Positions 49,492 through 63,400 of a DNA stretch of 64,000 bases are shown here, piece after piece; position 1 is the first letter of the stretch, and each line of letters starts with the position of its first letter. The notes under the pieces are model-generated. The model ran no database searches, was not told the origin of the DNA, and worked only from the letters and a program-made list of their open reading frames with translations. The DNA comes from Paragordius varius (lineage: Eukaryota; Animalia; Nematomorpha). The stretch spans positions 11,966,001 through 12,030,000 of the forward strand of contig OZ176053.1 in NCBI GenBank assembly GCA_964247055.1. Reading direction: 5' to 3'. Made by a program: the position numbers and the translations under genes.

Positions 49492-50991
49492 ATGCCATTC
49501 GATAAGATATTGTTATCGGATAATAATTCAACTACCTTACAAAACTACATAGCGACCAAATATCATTATTTAACGCGTGATGATTCAAATGTGTGGGACA
49601 TAGAAACGCGTAAACCCTTTTGTCAAATGTGGCATTGGCAATCGTTTGTATGGAATTTTGATTCCATCTATAAACTAATTATAGCACCCATTCTTTTAAT
49701 CCTGGGCTTGAGCGGAAACATTATGGGTTACATATACCTCAAAAGGATAAGGAAAAAAAGTTTAGATGACACTTACATGATGTATATGGTATGTTTTAGT
49801 TTACTCTACACAAGTTTTTATTCTCTATGGTTGTTTGAGAAGATACGTGTCATATACTATTCGATATACACGTTAAATTATGCATGGAATGAGTACGTAA
49901 GTAATTACCAACTCATATTCATGAAATCGTCTTCGAAAGCGTGTGTCTTTTCATTCCTATTACTATTGCTGGATCATTACGTCCTCCTACGTTATCCCTT
50001 TAGTTATGGTCACTTTAAACGGATAAAGTTTTTACGGATTCTACCGATACCTCTTTGGATTTTTTCCCTTATGTTTTGTATTTCCAGCTTTTTTTGGTAC
50101 AATGATGGACATTGTGTTATTATAACTGAAATTGGCAATTTCAACAATAATAAGGTATGGTCAGGGCGTTTTATGTCACACCCTCGAAATATAAGTCATT
50201 TTGCTCATGAATTGGTTATGAATGGGAGGTATGCCGTTATCATTCTCCATTACAAATATAAATTGCATGAACCACTTTGGATATATTATCATGATATAGT
50301 ACGTGAGTTGTTTTTATCAACCATCCCGGGCTTGATGATTTTTTATTTTGGTATTTATATTACAATGAATATTTGGCGATTTTTACGGAGACGAAGTAAA
50401 ATAATTACTCCCATACCTCGTATACGTATTATTCAAACAACATCTCAATCCCTGGCTTCAGAAATGAATCCACTGGGAGATTATAATGCACCTAAACATG
50501 TGAACACGATGAAAGGTAGAAGGAACACACTAAGTAAACCTCTAACGACTAAGAGTGCTGATTGCAGAACCAATAAATATACTGGACGTTATGCTGATAA
50601 CAATAATCATGAAACTACGACAACGACAGATAATAATACAAGAAACTATTCCTCGCAACATTCTCAAAGGAATGAAAGGGGAACCGGTGGTGAAACCTGG
50701 AAACAAGATTTATTAACTAATGTGCGTTGTGTCATTATATTTTTCATCTACTGTGCATGTCACATCCCTAGCCTCATAACGGTAGTTATTAGGCAACACC
50801 TGGAAAACATTAGACCATACGTTAAATATAACATGACATACTTTATTGATTCGGGGCACAATCTTGAATTTTTCTTTTGTATCACGGTTATTTACATAAC
50901 CTTCCTGACGGACAAACGCTTCAAAAGATACTGTGCGCGCAATTGTGATCGGATGAGAGCCCAATTCTCACAAGCTACAAGGGAAAAATGA
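49492..50991 (+). CDS. Intronless divergent rhodopsin-like (class A) GPCR, peptide-receptor-like, 499 aa
   Basis: Single uninterrupted ORF with seven hydrophobic segments; TM1 ILLILGLSGN; DRY position reads LLLDHYVLLRYPF; long polar third intracellular loop; TM6 FFIYCACHIPSLI; TM7 followed by DKRFKRY. Confidence 0.8.
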   Translation: MPFDKILLSDNNSTTLQNYIATKYHYLTRDDSNVWDIETRKPFCQMWHWQSFVWNFDSIYKLIIAPILLILGLSGNIMGYIYLKRIRKKSLDDTYMMYMVCFSLLYTSFYSLWLFEKIRVIYYSIYTLNYAWNEYVSNYQLIFMKSSSKACVFSFLLLLLDHYVLLRYPFSYGHFKRIKFLRILPIPLWIFSLMFCISSFFWYNDGHCVIITEIGNFNNNKVWSGRFMSHPRNISHFAHELVMNGRYAVIILHYKYKLHEPLWIYYHDIVRELFLSTIPGLMIFYFGIYITMNIWRFLRRRSKIITPIPRIRIIQTTSQSLASEMNPLGDYNAPKHVNTMKGRRNTLSKPLTTKSADCRTNKYTGRYADNNNHETTTTTDNNTRNYSSQHSQRNERGTGGETWKQDLLTNVRCVIIFFIYCACHIPSLITVVIRQHLENIRPYVKYNMTYFIDSGHNLEFFFCITVIYITFLTDKRFKRYCARNCDRMRAQFSQATREK

Positions 50992-51431
50992 AAACTGCCC
51001 TAGAAAAAGCTTAAATGTATCCTCTCAATATGTTTACAATGGAAGAATAATGGCATATAACGTCCATCCGATGTTTGCTCCTTGAAAAAAATCATTCAAA
51101 TATGGACAACTAAACCAACCAAATTGAAACCTAGTTTTTACTATCAATTTTCACTAAGGAAGACAAAAATAATCGGCATCTTCACGAGCAGTTATCTTTG
51201 AATCATTTTCGATTGTTCTAAAAAATTATTTTTGCCACTGTACAATACAATTAACCAATTTCAGTTACAATACAATAAATCAAATAAATATAAATTTATT
51301 ATTATAATTATTATATGAAATATGTAAATTGTAATGCATATTTGGACCTCAAGATACGTATCAAAAAAAGTTTATATATTATATATATATTTTGTTTTCC
51401 AAGCACCTCAATTCCATTTGATTTTTTATTT

Positions 51432-54400
51432 TCATAAAACAATTTGATTAGAAATAGATTCCTTCAATTCCTTGTGTGGCAACACTATAGCATTGTAAAC
51501 AACAAGCTCTGATAAAATGTCAACGTCATTGGCTAAATATATTGTATATAATAAGAGTATAATCGATATATTTTATATCCATCCATTATTGTTAATTAAT
51601 TAAAAAAATAAGGATATATAATTACTTAATGAAAATGAAAAAAACACACACACACTAAAAACAACACATTTAGCTTTTTTACACTCCGAGCAACATTTAA
51701 TCATTCATTATCAACCAATTTTTTTAAAGTCACAATACTTTTTAAATCACTTTTTTACTTTCAGTTTAACAAAATAACGCTTATATATGGATCGAATCAA
51801 ATCAACACCTATTATGGTGGTTGAAGGATTTAATTTCCCTTGCGTAGTAAAGAGTGCCGATTGACAAATGTTAGTTATATGGGCTACATCATCGAAAGCG
51901 TCATCACCATTTTTATTATTGTTTGTCCCACAGGGTTCGCATAAAGGTGTTCCCTCAATCCGACTCCATCGGCCCACACTTGAATTCCAACCTATAATGG
52001 TCCATGTTATGAAGGCATGATCCTAAATTATCGTGAAAAAAACATAAAATAAAAATACCTAAATTACTAATTACTTAAATGCATAAAGCAACTCCCTCGT
52101 TCTGTAGAAAACATATAGGGGAGATTATCCGCATCATGACATTTTTTAGGCGGAAAATGAAAATACTTTTGTTTAAAATTAACTTTTTAATTTATTTACT
52201 TTTATATGTTAAACTAATTAATTTGTAAAAAAGGAAATGCATAGCGATTGTATTCTATAAAAATAGAACCTATTTATATACCGAAACAGTACATGATAGG
52301 TATCATGATCAAATTATTATATAGGGGCAAATTGAAAAATAGCTACAAAGAGGGAGGCCATTATAAGAAGGACTTCCTATTTTAATGATTAACTCAATAT
52401 TTTCAAAAAATCATATATGTCAAAAAAGCTTTTATTTAAAGTAAAATATAAGAACCATAATAATAAATTAAACAAATAACTTCCTATCTAGGATTATTTT
52501 TAGTGCATTTTTTTTCAAGGTGTATAACGTTATATGGAAAGGATGAGCCGGTTACTAAAATAGCAATAATATCTTAAAAACACATATTTTTTTCATCCAT
52601 TAATTTAATAACTTCCTTTACACATCTGAACCAAAAAAAGCGCTTTAATTACAATAGAGACTTGTTCAATACAAAAAAATCTCGGAAAATTAAAAACAAT
52701 ATTAGATATCGTAAAAATATTGCAAAAACATCTCGCTAAAATGATTAAATTTTTTGGTGTGAAATGTAATCATATGATACATTTTCCTAGTACAATTTAA
52801 TCCCTATAGACGCATTTTAACAAATAACTTTACACGTATTTCAAAATTAAATCTTGTAATGCATTTAAGGGTACAAAAATGATTTTATGTACACGTCTGA
52901 ATTTTATTCTATATTTAATATAATACTGTAATTACAGTCATGTATCCTTTATTTTATCAAAATTTTATTTTCTTTCGTGGGTATAAATATTTGTTATATG
53001 GAAAAAACAAGACTATGGTATTAACAATATCATATTCATCAAAAAAGTATAACAAACCATAGAGCTCTTGTTTTTTCTATTCTTTACCAGTTATTTATAC
53101 CCATTTAACGAAGAAAAATAAATTTTTGATAAAATAAGTACATGACTGTATTGATGATAAATTTTTACCATTAATTTAAAAATGTGACGTAGAGCGGAAC
53201 TGGGTTACATATAGTTAACCCAACTATTGATTGAATTATGTTAATTTCAGAGATAAAAGCAAGCAAATAAATATTAAAATATAATTTAAATAATAATTAA
53301 TAAAAGACAAATAATGTAAATTGAAAAGTAATAACATAATTTTAAAAACTGTTTCAAATTTATTTTTTTAGGATACCTTAATTATTGCATTGTCACATAT
53401 GATGGAATAAGAGATACGAGCTCCCTGGCCTATTTGAGCACGGGCACAAATGGAAACATTAGGTCCTAACTTGGAAACAAAAAAATTAAAATTTGTTTTT
53501 AATTAAAGATTATCGATTAAATCCCAAGTTTGTTATACATATGTAGTAAAAATAAAATTTTTAATATAAAAAAACGTTTAACTTAACAAAACTCCATATT
53601 GCAAAACTTTGATCTTTTTAACCTTTATGTTGACATTTGTAGGAAATATGATAAATTTAATATATACATATCTCTATTCCTCATTTTGCAACTCAAAAGA
53701 AAATAAAATATATATGTTATGTCTGAAAAATATGGCTTTCTTTGTTCACGTTTTATCCTAATAACTTCAATTCTCATTCTAAAATCTTTAAATTTGTTTT
53801 TAATAAATAAGTCCACCAAAAACCAGAAAACATTTAATTTTATGATAATAATAGATTTTACCACAGCAGACGGATCCACAATAGCGGTAGGGTGTATATA
53901 AACATTTCCTTTAATCAAAGGACCACTAGGGACATTTTGCTTAGCAAGTCTTTCGGGGTGATTTTTAGCCAATAAGTGCAAAATCATTTGATCGGCATAG
54001 AGGGCGGAACTGTGTGTGGTACAATAAAATTTTACTTCAACACACTGTTGTTTTTCCAAAATTTTATTTTAACAAACATACTTTGAATAATTTTTACCTA
54101 AAGTTATCAACACAAAAAAAATTAACCTATGCATCCAAATTATTAAGTGTGAAAACGATTAAAAAATATTTACAAAAAAATAAAGGCGAAACTATAAAAA
54201 ACGTTTTGTGCTACACTAATATTTAAATAATTAAGAATCTTATATTAAACAGACATCCCACAAATACACCTGTAGCCGTAAAAGAAAGGCCAATCCAAAA
54301 CATTACTGATATGAATGCAAATCGATAAAACATTTATAGTTAAAACAAAAAAAAAAATAATAAATATTTTTAAGACCAAGATATTATAAAAACTATGTGT

Positions 54401-57400
54401 AGTAAATCGAAATCAGGTTATATGAGAACAAAAACAATCAGAAAAAATATATGGTTTATTTAATAATTTTAGAAATTATGGTAAAGTTGTTCGCTTCAAA
54501 TAAAACAAATGGTGTATTTTGGGAAAAGGTGAGCAGGTACCAATACAACCTCAACTTTTCATGTAACATATCCTACGTGGGTAAAATTGTCCATTAAAAC
54601 TTTTACCAATTTTAATAAATTATCTATTATAGCATTATTGCATTTAAATTTTATTTGCTCAGATAGCTTGCCGAATTTGGTAAGTTTGTTTATGGTAAAT
54701 GCCCCATGATTTTTTTGTCGCAAATGGGGCAATACTCTGGCAGTGTCCATAATTTTCTAATTTCACACTATTTTGTTTGGAGATATGTTATTTTAACCTT
54801 TTTATTTGGCAAAACAGGTTTGTTGCAAAGGAAAGAATTTGAGAATGAAATTAAAAAGCTCGTAGAGCCAGAGTATCATTGAAGCGATAAACCTCTGGCA
54901 AACGATAATCAACTGGGAGACTCTGTTAATGAGAGTTACGTAGAATGATAAGGATATTATTTGTGTGTAAATTCTGGCTGAAAAAACATTTTACTTGGGG
55001 AAAAATATTTTTTCTCGACCTGTTACCAATCCTCCATTGTAATGACACATTAGAGCTCCTGTGCCATCCCATTCCATCTGACAACCTACCTTATTTAAAA
55101 CAGTTATTAGACCTACAGGTGCTATAGTCGACCTCCCAATAACCTATTTGACCTGCTGGATCGTATACCATCCTCGCCCATTTGCCATTTAATCTCACTT
55201 GCGTGCGGGGTTCAACATTTTTATAATTATTACTGTTCAATTAAGTCGCCGGGAGCATCAGCTAAAGTGCTTTTTTGCCTTGCATTTGAAACACTCCTTG
55301 TTTGAAGCTAGACACCATTTGCTCGCATACATGTACCTACGTTTCCCGCATTCATTTTTATTATCGCACTATGACTGATGTTCACTTTCAACTGTCCGCT
55401 TTTCATACGCCATCGCCATCTCCAACGATGATATAAAAGAAAAATTTGTTGTCGGCCTACATCGGTCTCAGCCATATTCCAAAGCTAAAAAATATCATAT
55501 CCCGTGCAGGTAGTGGAAGGGGCTGGGATGCTTTGGTATTGGTTGGAAAAAATATTTGTCCCGTCGGATAATTTTTTGGAGTCAGATACCAATTCACAAA
55601 ACTGCGAAGGGAGGCCACTGAATGCGTAATGACTATTGATTCGAGTGAATAAAATTGATGCCAGGTGCAATTTTGGGGAAGAAACAATAAGGTTTTGTTG
55701 GTGGGTTGCAGCTCAAAAGACTGTGGATATGTGTACGAAATTTCCGGATGATGTCTGACGATAAACCGGTAATAAAATGGTGATGGAAGTGGCGGCATAT
55801 GAAAAAGCTCATAGTATTTGAGTGAACAGACTTCTGAGAATAGGCAAGTGATGATAATGAAAAAGAAGTGCGGAAAATGAAGGTTGGTGCAAAGGCTGGT
55901 GTCCAGCTGAGAACAATGGGTGTTTCAGATGCAAGGAACGAGGACATTTTAACAGATGTTGCTGGCGAGTCAATAAAGTAAATAGTAATAATAATAGTAA
56001 TGTAGCCCCCGCAAACATGTAATAAGGATGGTGTACGATTCATAGGCTCAAATATCGGTGATTGGGAAAAGGACATGGTAGGAGATTGAGATGCTGACCT
56101 TAGCACCAGCGAGTTCTATTGTGAATTTCAATCATCAAGGGGTGGTGGTGATGGGGCAATGCGAAGTAGGTGTTAAATGGAACGGTATGGCCAAGCAGCT
56201 GCTAAAATAAGTTGACATTATCGAGAATTGGGGTAACATTTTTGGATTACCAAAAGTTTCCAACGTAGATTCCCGGATGCAATCTGTGTTAAAAATGTTT
56301 GTTGTGTGGATTTAATTATTTGTTTTGTGAGAGTGTTACACGAAACCACCCATCAAGTTGTTTCTAAAAAAAGTAGCATAAAAAAAGATTTGCAGCTCCA
56401 AGGTTACATCCCGCTTCAGGCTAAGGTTAAGAAGGAATTAATAAGGCTCGAGAGTCTGGGTATGATTGAAACCATAAACCTCTCACAAACGCGAATCGAC
56501 TGGGTGACTCCGTTTGATAGTTAAGAAGCATAATAATGATATAAGTAAGGTGGTGATTTTAGAGTTAAAGTTAACCCGTGTTTGGTTCTTGTCGATCATT
56601 TGATTCCAACGTTTGATCTAGTTTTCAAAATTGAGGAGGAAGTTTTTACGACCCTGGAACTAAAAGAAGAGGTTTAGGACAATCGCCCATTCAAAAATAT
56701 CAAAATTGACTCATGTTTAGTTCGTATATAGATCTTTTTGGATTTAAGAGACTCTATTCGGAATTTTTAATGCACCAACGATATTTTAGCTAATTATGGA
56801 TGACTTATTAAAGATTGTCCAGGTACGGCAGAGTACTTGGATGATGTTATTGTAAGTGCTACGGTAATTGAGCATAATAAGAACTTGGAAAAAGATTTAA
56901 ACAAATTGGCTTCGGTAGATTAGAAATTGAAAATGGATAAAAAGCTCGTTCTTCAGCGTGGTATTTATGATATATAATTTCTGATAAAAGAATCAAACTG
57001 GATAAAAAGAAAAAAGTAATTTATTGCCTTACACCTACCAATAATACATCACTTCGGTCTTTATTAGGTACTATTAAATTTTGACACTCATTTAAATTCA
57101 ACTTTGCTTGGTAGAGCTGCGGATTTACACGCTTAAAGCTAAATTGTTATTTAGTAAGGCGATAAATTTCATACCGTTTTACCCGAATCTCGCATTGGTG
57201 TTGGAAACAGATGCATCGAATGACTGATTTACACTCTTATCTCATAATATAAGTGATGCAAAACGGTCGATAGCTTTTGCGACGGGAAAATGTGCGGAGG
57301 TAGAACTACATTTCTCAGTTATTAAAAAAAGGCAAAGGCAATTTTATATGCGTGAAAGGTTTATATAGCTTAGGTATGGTAGAAAGTTCGTATTATCATA

Positions 57401-60400
57401 AGCCACTAATCAAATTGTTTAGCTCTAAAAAAGATATGAGTATTATTAACAATGGTAGATTATTTAGATGGAGACTTAGAATAGACGACTTTAATTTTAA
57501 TATACAATATAATAATGGTTCGAAAAATTAGCGAATCAGTTAAAACATCTACAACCAGTGAGGAGATTGATCAGCAAGCAAACAGTATGCAAGGTAACAT
57601 TTTACTTTCTAAAAACATATAACTTAAATCTTGAGCGAATAAAAGTAAATATATGTTACATGATGGATTTTTGGTAACATTAAGAGCGGCTCTATACCAG
57701 AATTATTTGTCAGCTCCAATTTTAAACCCAATATAGAGTATAAAAAACGGAATACAAGAATCGTAAAGGGTTGCTGAAGCTATCGTCTTATTATTGCCAT
57801 CTTTGCGCAATGAAACAAAATGTTTTCGTGTTGGAAATTTCGGGAAAAATATAATGAAAGAATCCGCAAGGGCTAGGATTATTTTACCAGGTATAAAAAC
57901 ATTAAATGTTATGTGAGATCTTGTATGGTGTGTCAATTATATCGAAGTTTGGAATTTCAATACGGGTATATGGAAAAGGATACACTTGGATCTTACCTAT
58001 AGAATTGGTAGCTATCGATAGTACCCCGAGATGGGTTGAATTTTAATTGTTTAAAATGTTAATTCTTAAAACAGGTTGTATTGGTTAGAAATTCGGTATA
58101 TATATATATATATATAGTATCCGCGCATGATAGTTACCGATCTTCATGCTTTTCACCAAAAAATTTTGAAGATAGCTTACAACGGGTAAATGTTAAACAT
58201 GTCAGGCGTGCCTCTTCTCATCCACAAACGAATGGGCTGGTAAAACGCGTTATTAACACCTTAAAAGCACATAAAAATCGCTAGTTGATTGTTGCCTTCA
58301 TACAAAAAAATGAATCAAGCGCGATGGAATTATCGCTCCGTTCAGAGCGCCACAAAAGAAAGTCCGTACTTTTTTAAAAGAGAAATCCCTTTCTCATGGA
58401 TTATAGAACACTCTAGCAATGATTAGATGATGTCATCATACCTAATTTAAATTTTCACGCCGGAGGAAGGTGTGAAAAAATGAAATCAATACGAGGTGGA
58501 AAAAAGATTCAGTCTTGGAAAGAACTGGGATGCTCTAGTACACTGTAAAAGTAATTCAACCCTACGCAAACATACGGATCAATTACGGCCCACCGGCGTT
58601 GTAAAGGATGAAGATGGAGATGAGCAAGGTCAAACGGTAAACCAAACTGATGAGTTTAGTTGTCCAGCCAGGAATTTGAATAATCTGGAAGTGGTGTAGG
58701 GACAAAGCAAAGAAAAACGATAAAGACCCCCAGGTTGATATGATAACGGGAAAGAACGGAGAAAATAGAAAAGGGATATACGATCAGGAAAAAAAGCACT
58801 AGATCGGCTCTGATTCGGATAAGGAGATTAGGTAAACTTATAATGCTTGTAATGTAATATATATATTACACGCAACCTTAGTTTAAAGACAATCTTATTT
58901 AAATAAAACTATGGTAAACCTTCTGTTGTATCACCTGTGTATTAAACATGCCGCGTTATTTTACCCTAGTTTAAATATGATATATGACATCACAAATTAT
59001 ATATACCGCAAATTTTATATAATTAGTTTGTGATTTATTCCTCTATAAATATTCTTGTTTTATTGCTCTGTCTCACCACAGTAAACATACTACTAACCTT
59101 ATCCATATCATTAATGCCATAAAAACGCATCTACCAAGCGCAGAAAAAAAATAAACTCAGCGAGCGAAATTGGTAATATGAAAAAATAATTATAACACAA
59201 AAAACTATTTATATACATACTATAAGATTTAAATAAGTACTCACCCATGGCACCAAAACACAAACCTGGCCAATATAATTAATAAAGCACTAAAGATTCT
59301 TCAATACTGTGCCATTACTCAAATAATAGAAGACAAATGATACAATCAAAAGTTATGCAAATGAACGAATTTTGTCAAATAATCATATCTATATATTTTT
59401 TCCATAAACAACCTCAAATGACGTCCAAGGCACAAATAATCGAAAAAATCTGTCATAATAATTATTAGATATTAAACAATACTGCATAGCATATAAATGG
59501 AATAAAATGGTACATGGTCAACTCTAACCATGAAAAAAGTGAATAAAAACGTATGAAGAATTTTTCCTATTGAATTAAACAGTTATAAATATTATAATTT
59601 ATAAACCATACTAGTTGGCAAAAAATATCAGCCAAAACAAGAAAAAACATAATTAATTTTCAAGTCTCAAAACATTCCAGGAAAAACCATGACATTTCTA
59701 TTCCCGTTTTACCACCATATATCCACATTCAAAAAACTTGTTCAAAAGGGACATTTTTATTCTAACAAAAAAATTAAACATACTTACCTAGATGATTTAA
59801 TCTGCATCCAAGGTATATGTTTTCCAGGTAGAATAAAGCATTTTAGATGGCCTCCTGAACCAGCCAACTCAGGAAACAAATTTGTTTCAAAGGATAGGGA
59901 ACGACCTCCACCCTTTTTAGTTTTCAGGGGTGATGAAAGACGGCTACCTGATTGATTTAGGTTTCCAGTACTTCCACTCAAAGAACTATCTCCCCCAGAT
60001 TCCGAACTAAAATGTGCAAAAACAAAAAAATATTAAGCACAAAGATAAATTCTTCAACAGGATATTTGGCATATTTATAAAAATATTTTCTTTTGTTGGA
60101 TTATATGTAATTTATTTGTGTGTTATATATGTGATTGATAGTTATTACACTAGACAACAATTTTTTCTGCCACCCGAGTTTTTGTATTTTCTGACATTTA
60201 CCATCATTTTAACAGTTAATCTGAAATAAATATTATAATTCCACCTAAGAATTTTTTATAATTGATTTTTTATAATTATCAGCTTCTTTATCAAAATTTT
60301 ACGAAAAAATGTTTTTCTTGCCTTTTTGTAATATATCATTCGAAAGAATTTAAAACTCTATAAAATGCATTCTAATGATAATTAATATTGGACATAGGAA

Positions 60401-63400
60401 GCGACAAACGCGCGAAGCGACAGCGTTAATTAATATATTTTTAAAATGGATGAAAATAGCTCAAACTTTGTTTAGATGGTGATGAATGTCCAAAAAAGAT
60501 AACAAAAGAAAGTTTTTTGATAAAAACATTTTTTTATTGCTTTTATGTCATTAAAAACAGCCATTTTTAAAGTTTTTGTTTTTTAAAACTCACCATCTTA
60601 TTAATATTAATTTTCTTTAGCTCATAATTTCAAAATAAGACTAAAAGTATAGATAGATTAAGGTATTATTGATTTTTTATAACAATTATGTACTATATTT
60701 ACAGTTAGAACTATGCATTTTAGTATACACTAGGTAAAATAATTTTGATAAAAATAATATTTATTTAAATAGCAAACAAAATCTTTTTTTAAAATTTATT
60801 ATTTAATATTATAGTAATTAACCCTAATAATTATATTAAAATAATTTACATGATTTTTAAATTAGTTTGCCTGCAAAAAATTTGGACTTATTAAAGGGTT
60901 GAAAATTTTGACCATATAGAGCCAAATAGAAAGATACAGTTTTTCACGCTCTTCCGAATATATAATACATGGCTCTATATTTAAAACTGTTAATTTTGAA
61001 AATTTCGAGTTTAATGTTAAATCGGGGCCAAAGATTTTCAATAAGCCCTAATAAAATCAATTCTTAAGTGTAAGACCAATTATTTTTTCAGAATATTATT
61101 TATGTACTTTAAATAAAATTTAAATTTATAAGAATGACAGTAAAAAGTGAATGTTGTCCAGTGTTATCACTAAAATTAGTTCTAATATAAACTAATTTTG
61201 ATTTAGATAAAATAAATCGTGATTATAGAGTCAATACAAAAAGCTTTAATTTAAGTTATCATTAGGTTTTCAGTTTTTTCCGAAAAATCCTAGATTTAAT
61301 TTTGTTCGATAATATTAAATTATTAGTCAATTGTTCTGTTTATTATTATAAGAGTACTCATAATTAATTTCTTTGCAAATTATATTAATCATTTCAAAAC
61401 TTTTGCGAACATAAGCATGATTTCATATATATATATATATAATCCATTATAATTTTGATAGTGCCTTTTAACGTTTTTGAATCATTTATATAGACTTTAT
61501 TGCAAATATTTCAAAATAGACAGTCGTAAATTTAGCGCATATTAAGTTTGAATTTGGTCATGCCTAAAAAAGCAAAACAATATTTGTGTATTCACATTTC
61601 ACAACCCGTTAACAAAGGGTATTATTAAACTAAACACAAAAGAGCATAGATTACGCGAGAATAATACTTACGTATATATACTATATAATATCAAAAAAAT
61701 ATTGCAAAAAATGCACATGCGTATAAAAAATTATAATTTTTTGGAAGTGCATATTTGAAAATGGAAACAAATCCAAATATACATTTTTTTTATAGTTGAA
61801 CGGCGCATATATTTGCCATTGTCTTAAACAAATTTATATTGATTAAACTCTTATTATTATAATGTCGAAATTTTGAGATGGTAAAACCATTAGCGGAATA
61901 AAATAAGGCAAGTTTTTGAGTATTAATAATTTCTTACCATAGAATGCTTAAACTACCTTGGTTTCATTTTATGAAAAAATGGTTATCGTTTTTTGTACAA
62001 TATTTCTTAAAATCTCTTGCGTTATATATCTTATAAGGCAATATCGGTTCGTTTTCGTTATTTATAGACAGAATTGGAAGTAAATGTGAAATTTTTGAAA
62101 TTACAAATATTTTACTTTTCACATATATTTTATTGGATATATTAACAAAATATTTGGTAAGCTTTGAGGGACTTCTACAAAAACGCAATGTGCATTAATG
62201 ATGTTTCTGATATGGAACTATTATCATAAAAATGGAACTAATCAAAAATTTGTAAACGTAAAATTATAAGGCACCACATTATTCAAATTAAAATAATATT
62301 GTGTCTCATAAAATTTTGATTTTCATGAAAGTTACCAAAGTCCAATATCATATCCAAACAAGTTTAATTTATATAATATTAAAAAACGTGCATAATTATT
62401 CTAATTAAAAAATTCAAAGTTTTATTATTTTTGGGAATTTCATGATTATACAACAATTATGGATTAGTTTGCAAATTAATCTCTGCACTTAGGGTTTATT
62501 TGTCATAAAATTTAATTTTATATAAGTTTATATGAATGCGTTAATATTTAACAAAACACATTTAACATATTAAACCCAATTAAAAGGCTTGTTAATGTCA
62601 TACCATTATTGAAATAAATTTAGACTATTTTTATTGAGCAGTTTAATTAGAATTGTTTCACCAACCTAATTTAATTTTTTATTTTTCGACCAAGTAAGAA
62701 TCGTGTGACAGGTAAAAAATAATAAAAAACTTTGTTTTGTAGAAACATGACAAAATTATAAATTTATCCCGGTTTTCGATAATCCATACAAGTTTTCAAA
62801 AATTATTTTAAAGATGATTTATCAAAAAATATATAATTATTATAAATATTACTCATCCATATCAAAGGATCCTGAATCGCCATTTGCGCTGGAATTTATA
62901 ACCGAGTTAGCGACTGAACTTTGGGCTTGTCGATCGTTTTTCGCTAAAATATTTTCCATATGGGCAAAAACCGCAGGGGTAAACAGATATACGCCACAAC
63001 TAATAACGTTGGAAGAAAATTCATCTGGTTTCTCCACAAAATGTAAAATCTAATAGGGATTTAAAGTAATGTAAAAAATGGCTAAACCTCTTTAGATTTA
63101 TCATCAAAACTAATACATCCATAATGCGAACTGTAAGAAGGATCGTTCTATAAAAATAAAAATGGTAATTATTACATATTTTCCAAGGATAATAAATTGG
63201 TCATTGGAACAATAATTATCATGAAATTGAATGATTTGATTTAAACGAAGGTCACCAAGAATATCGCCGTTAATTACAAAAAACTTATCAACATTTTCGC
63301 TTAAAATCTCTTTTCTATAACGGTAAACTCCACCAGCACTGCCTGTTATATCATTTTCTTTGTAATATCTTAATTATCATAATCAATTTGAATACTTTAT

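Noticed and set aside
55633-56106. 157-aa minus-strand ORF
   Set aside because: Lies in the gag/leader part of the gypsy relic; not a host gene.
58847-58948. Candidate 3-prime LTR (TGTAAT...TTAAACA) after a purine-rich tract
   Set aside because: No matching second LTR found, so LTR boundaries are not called.
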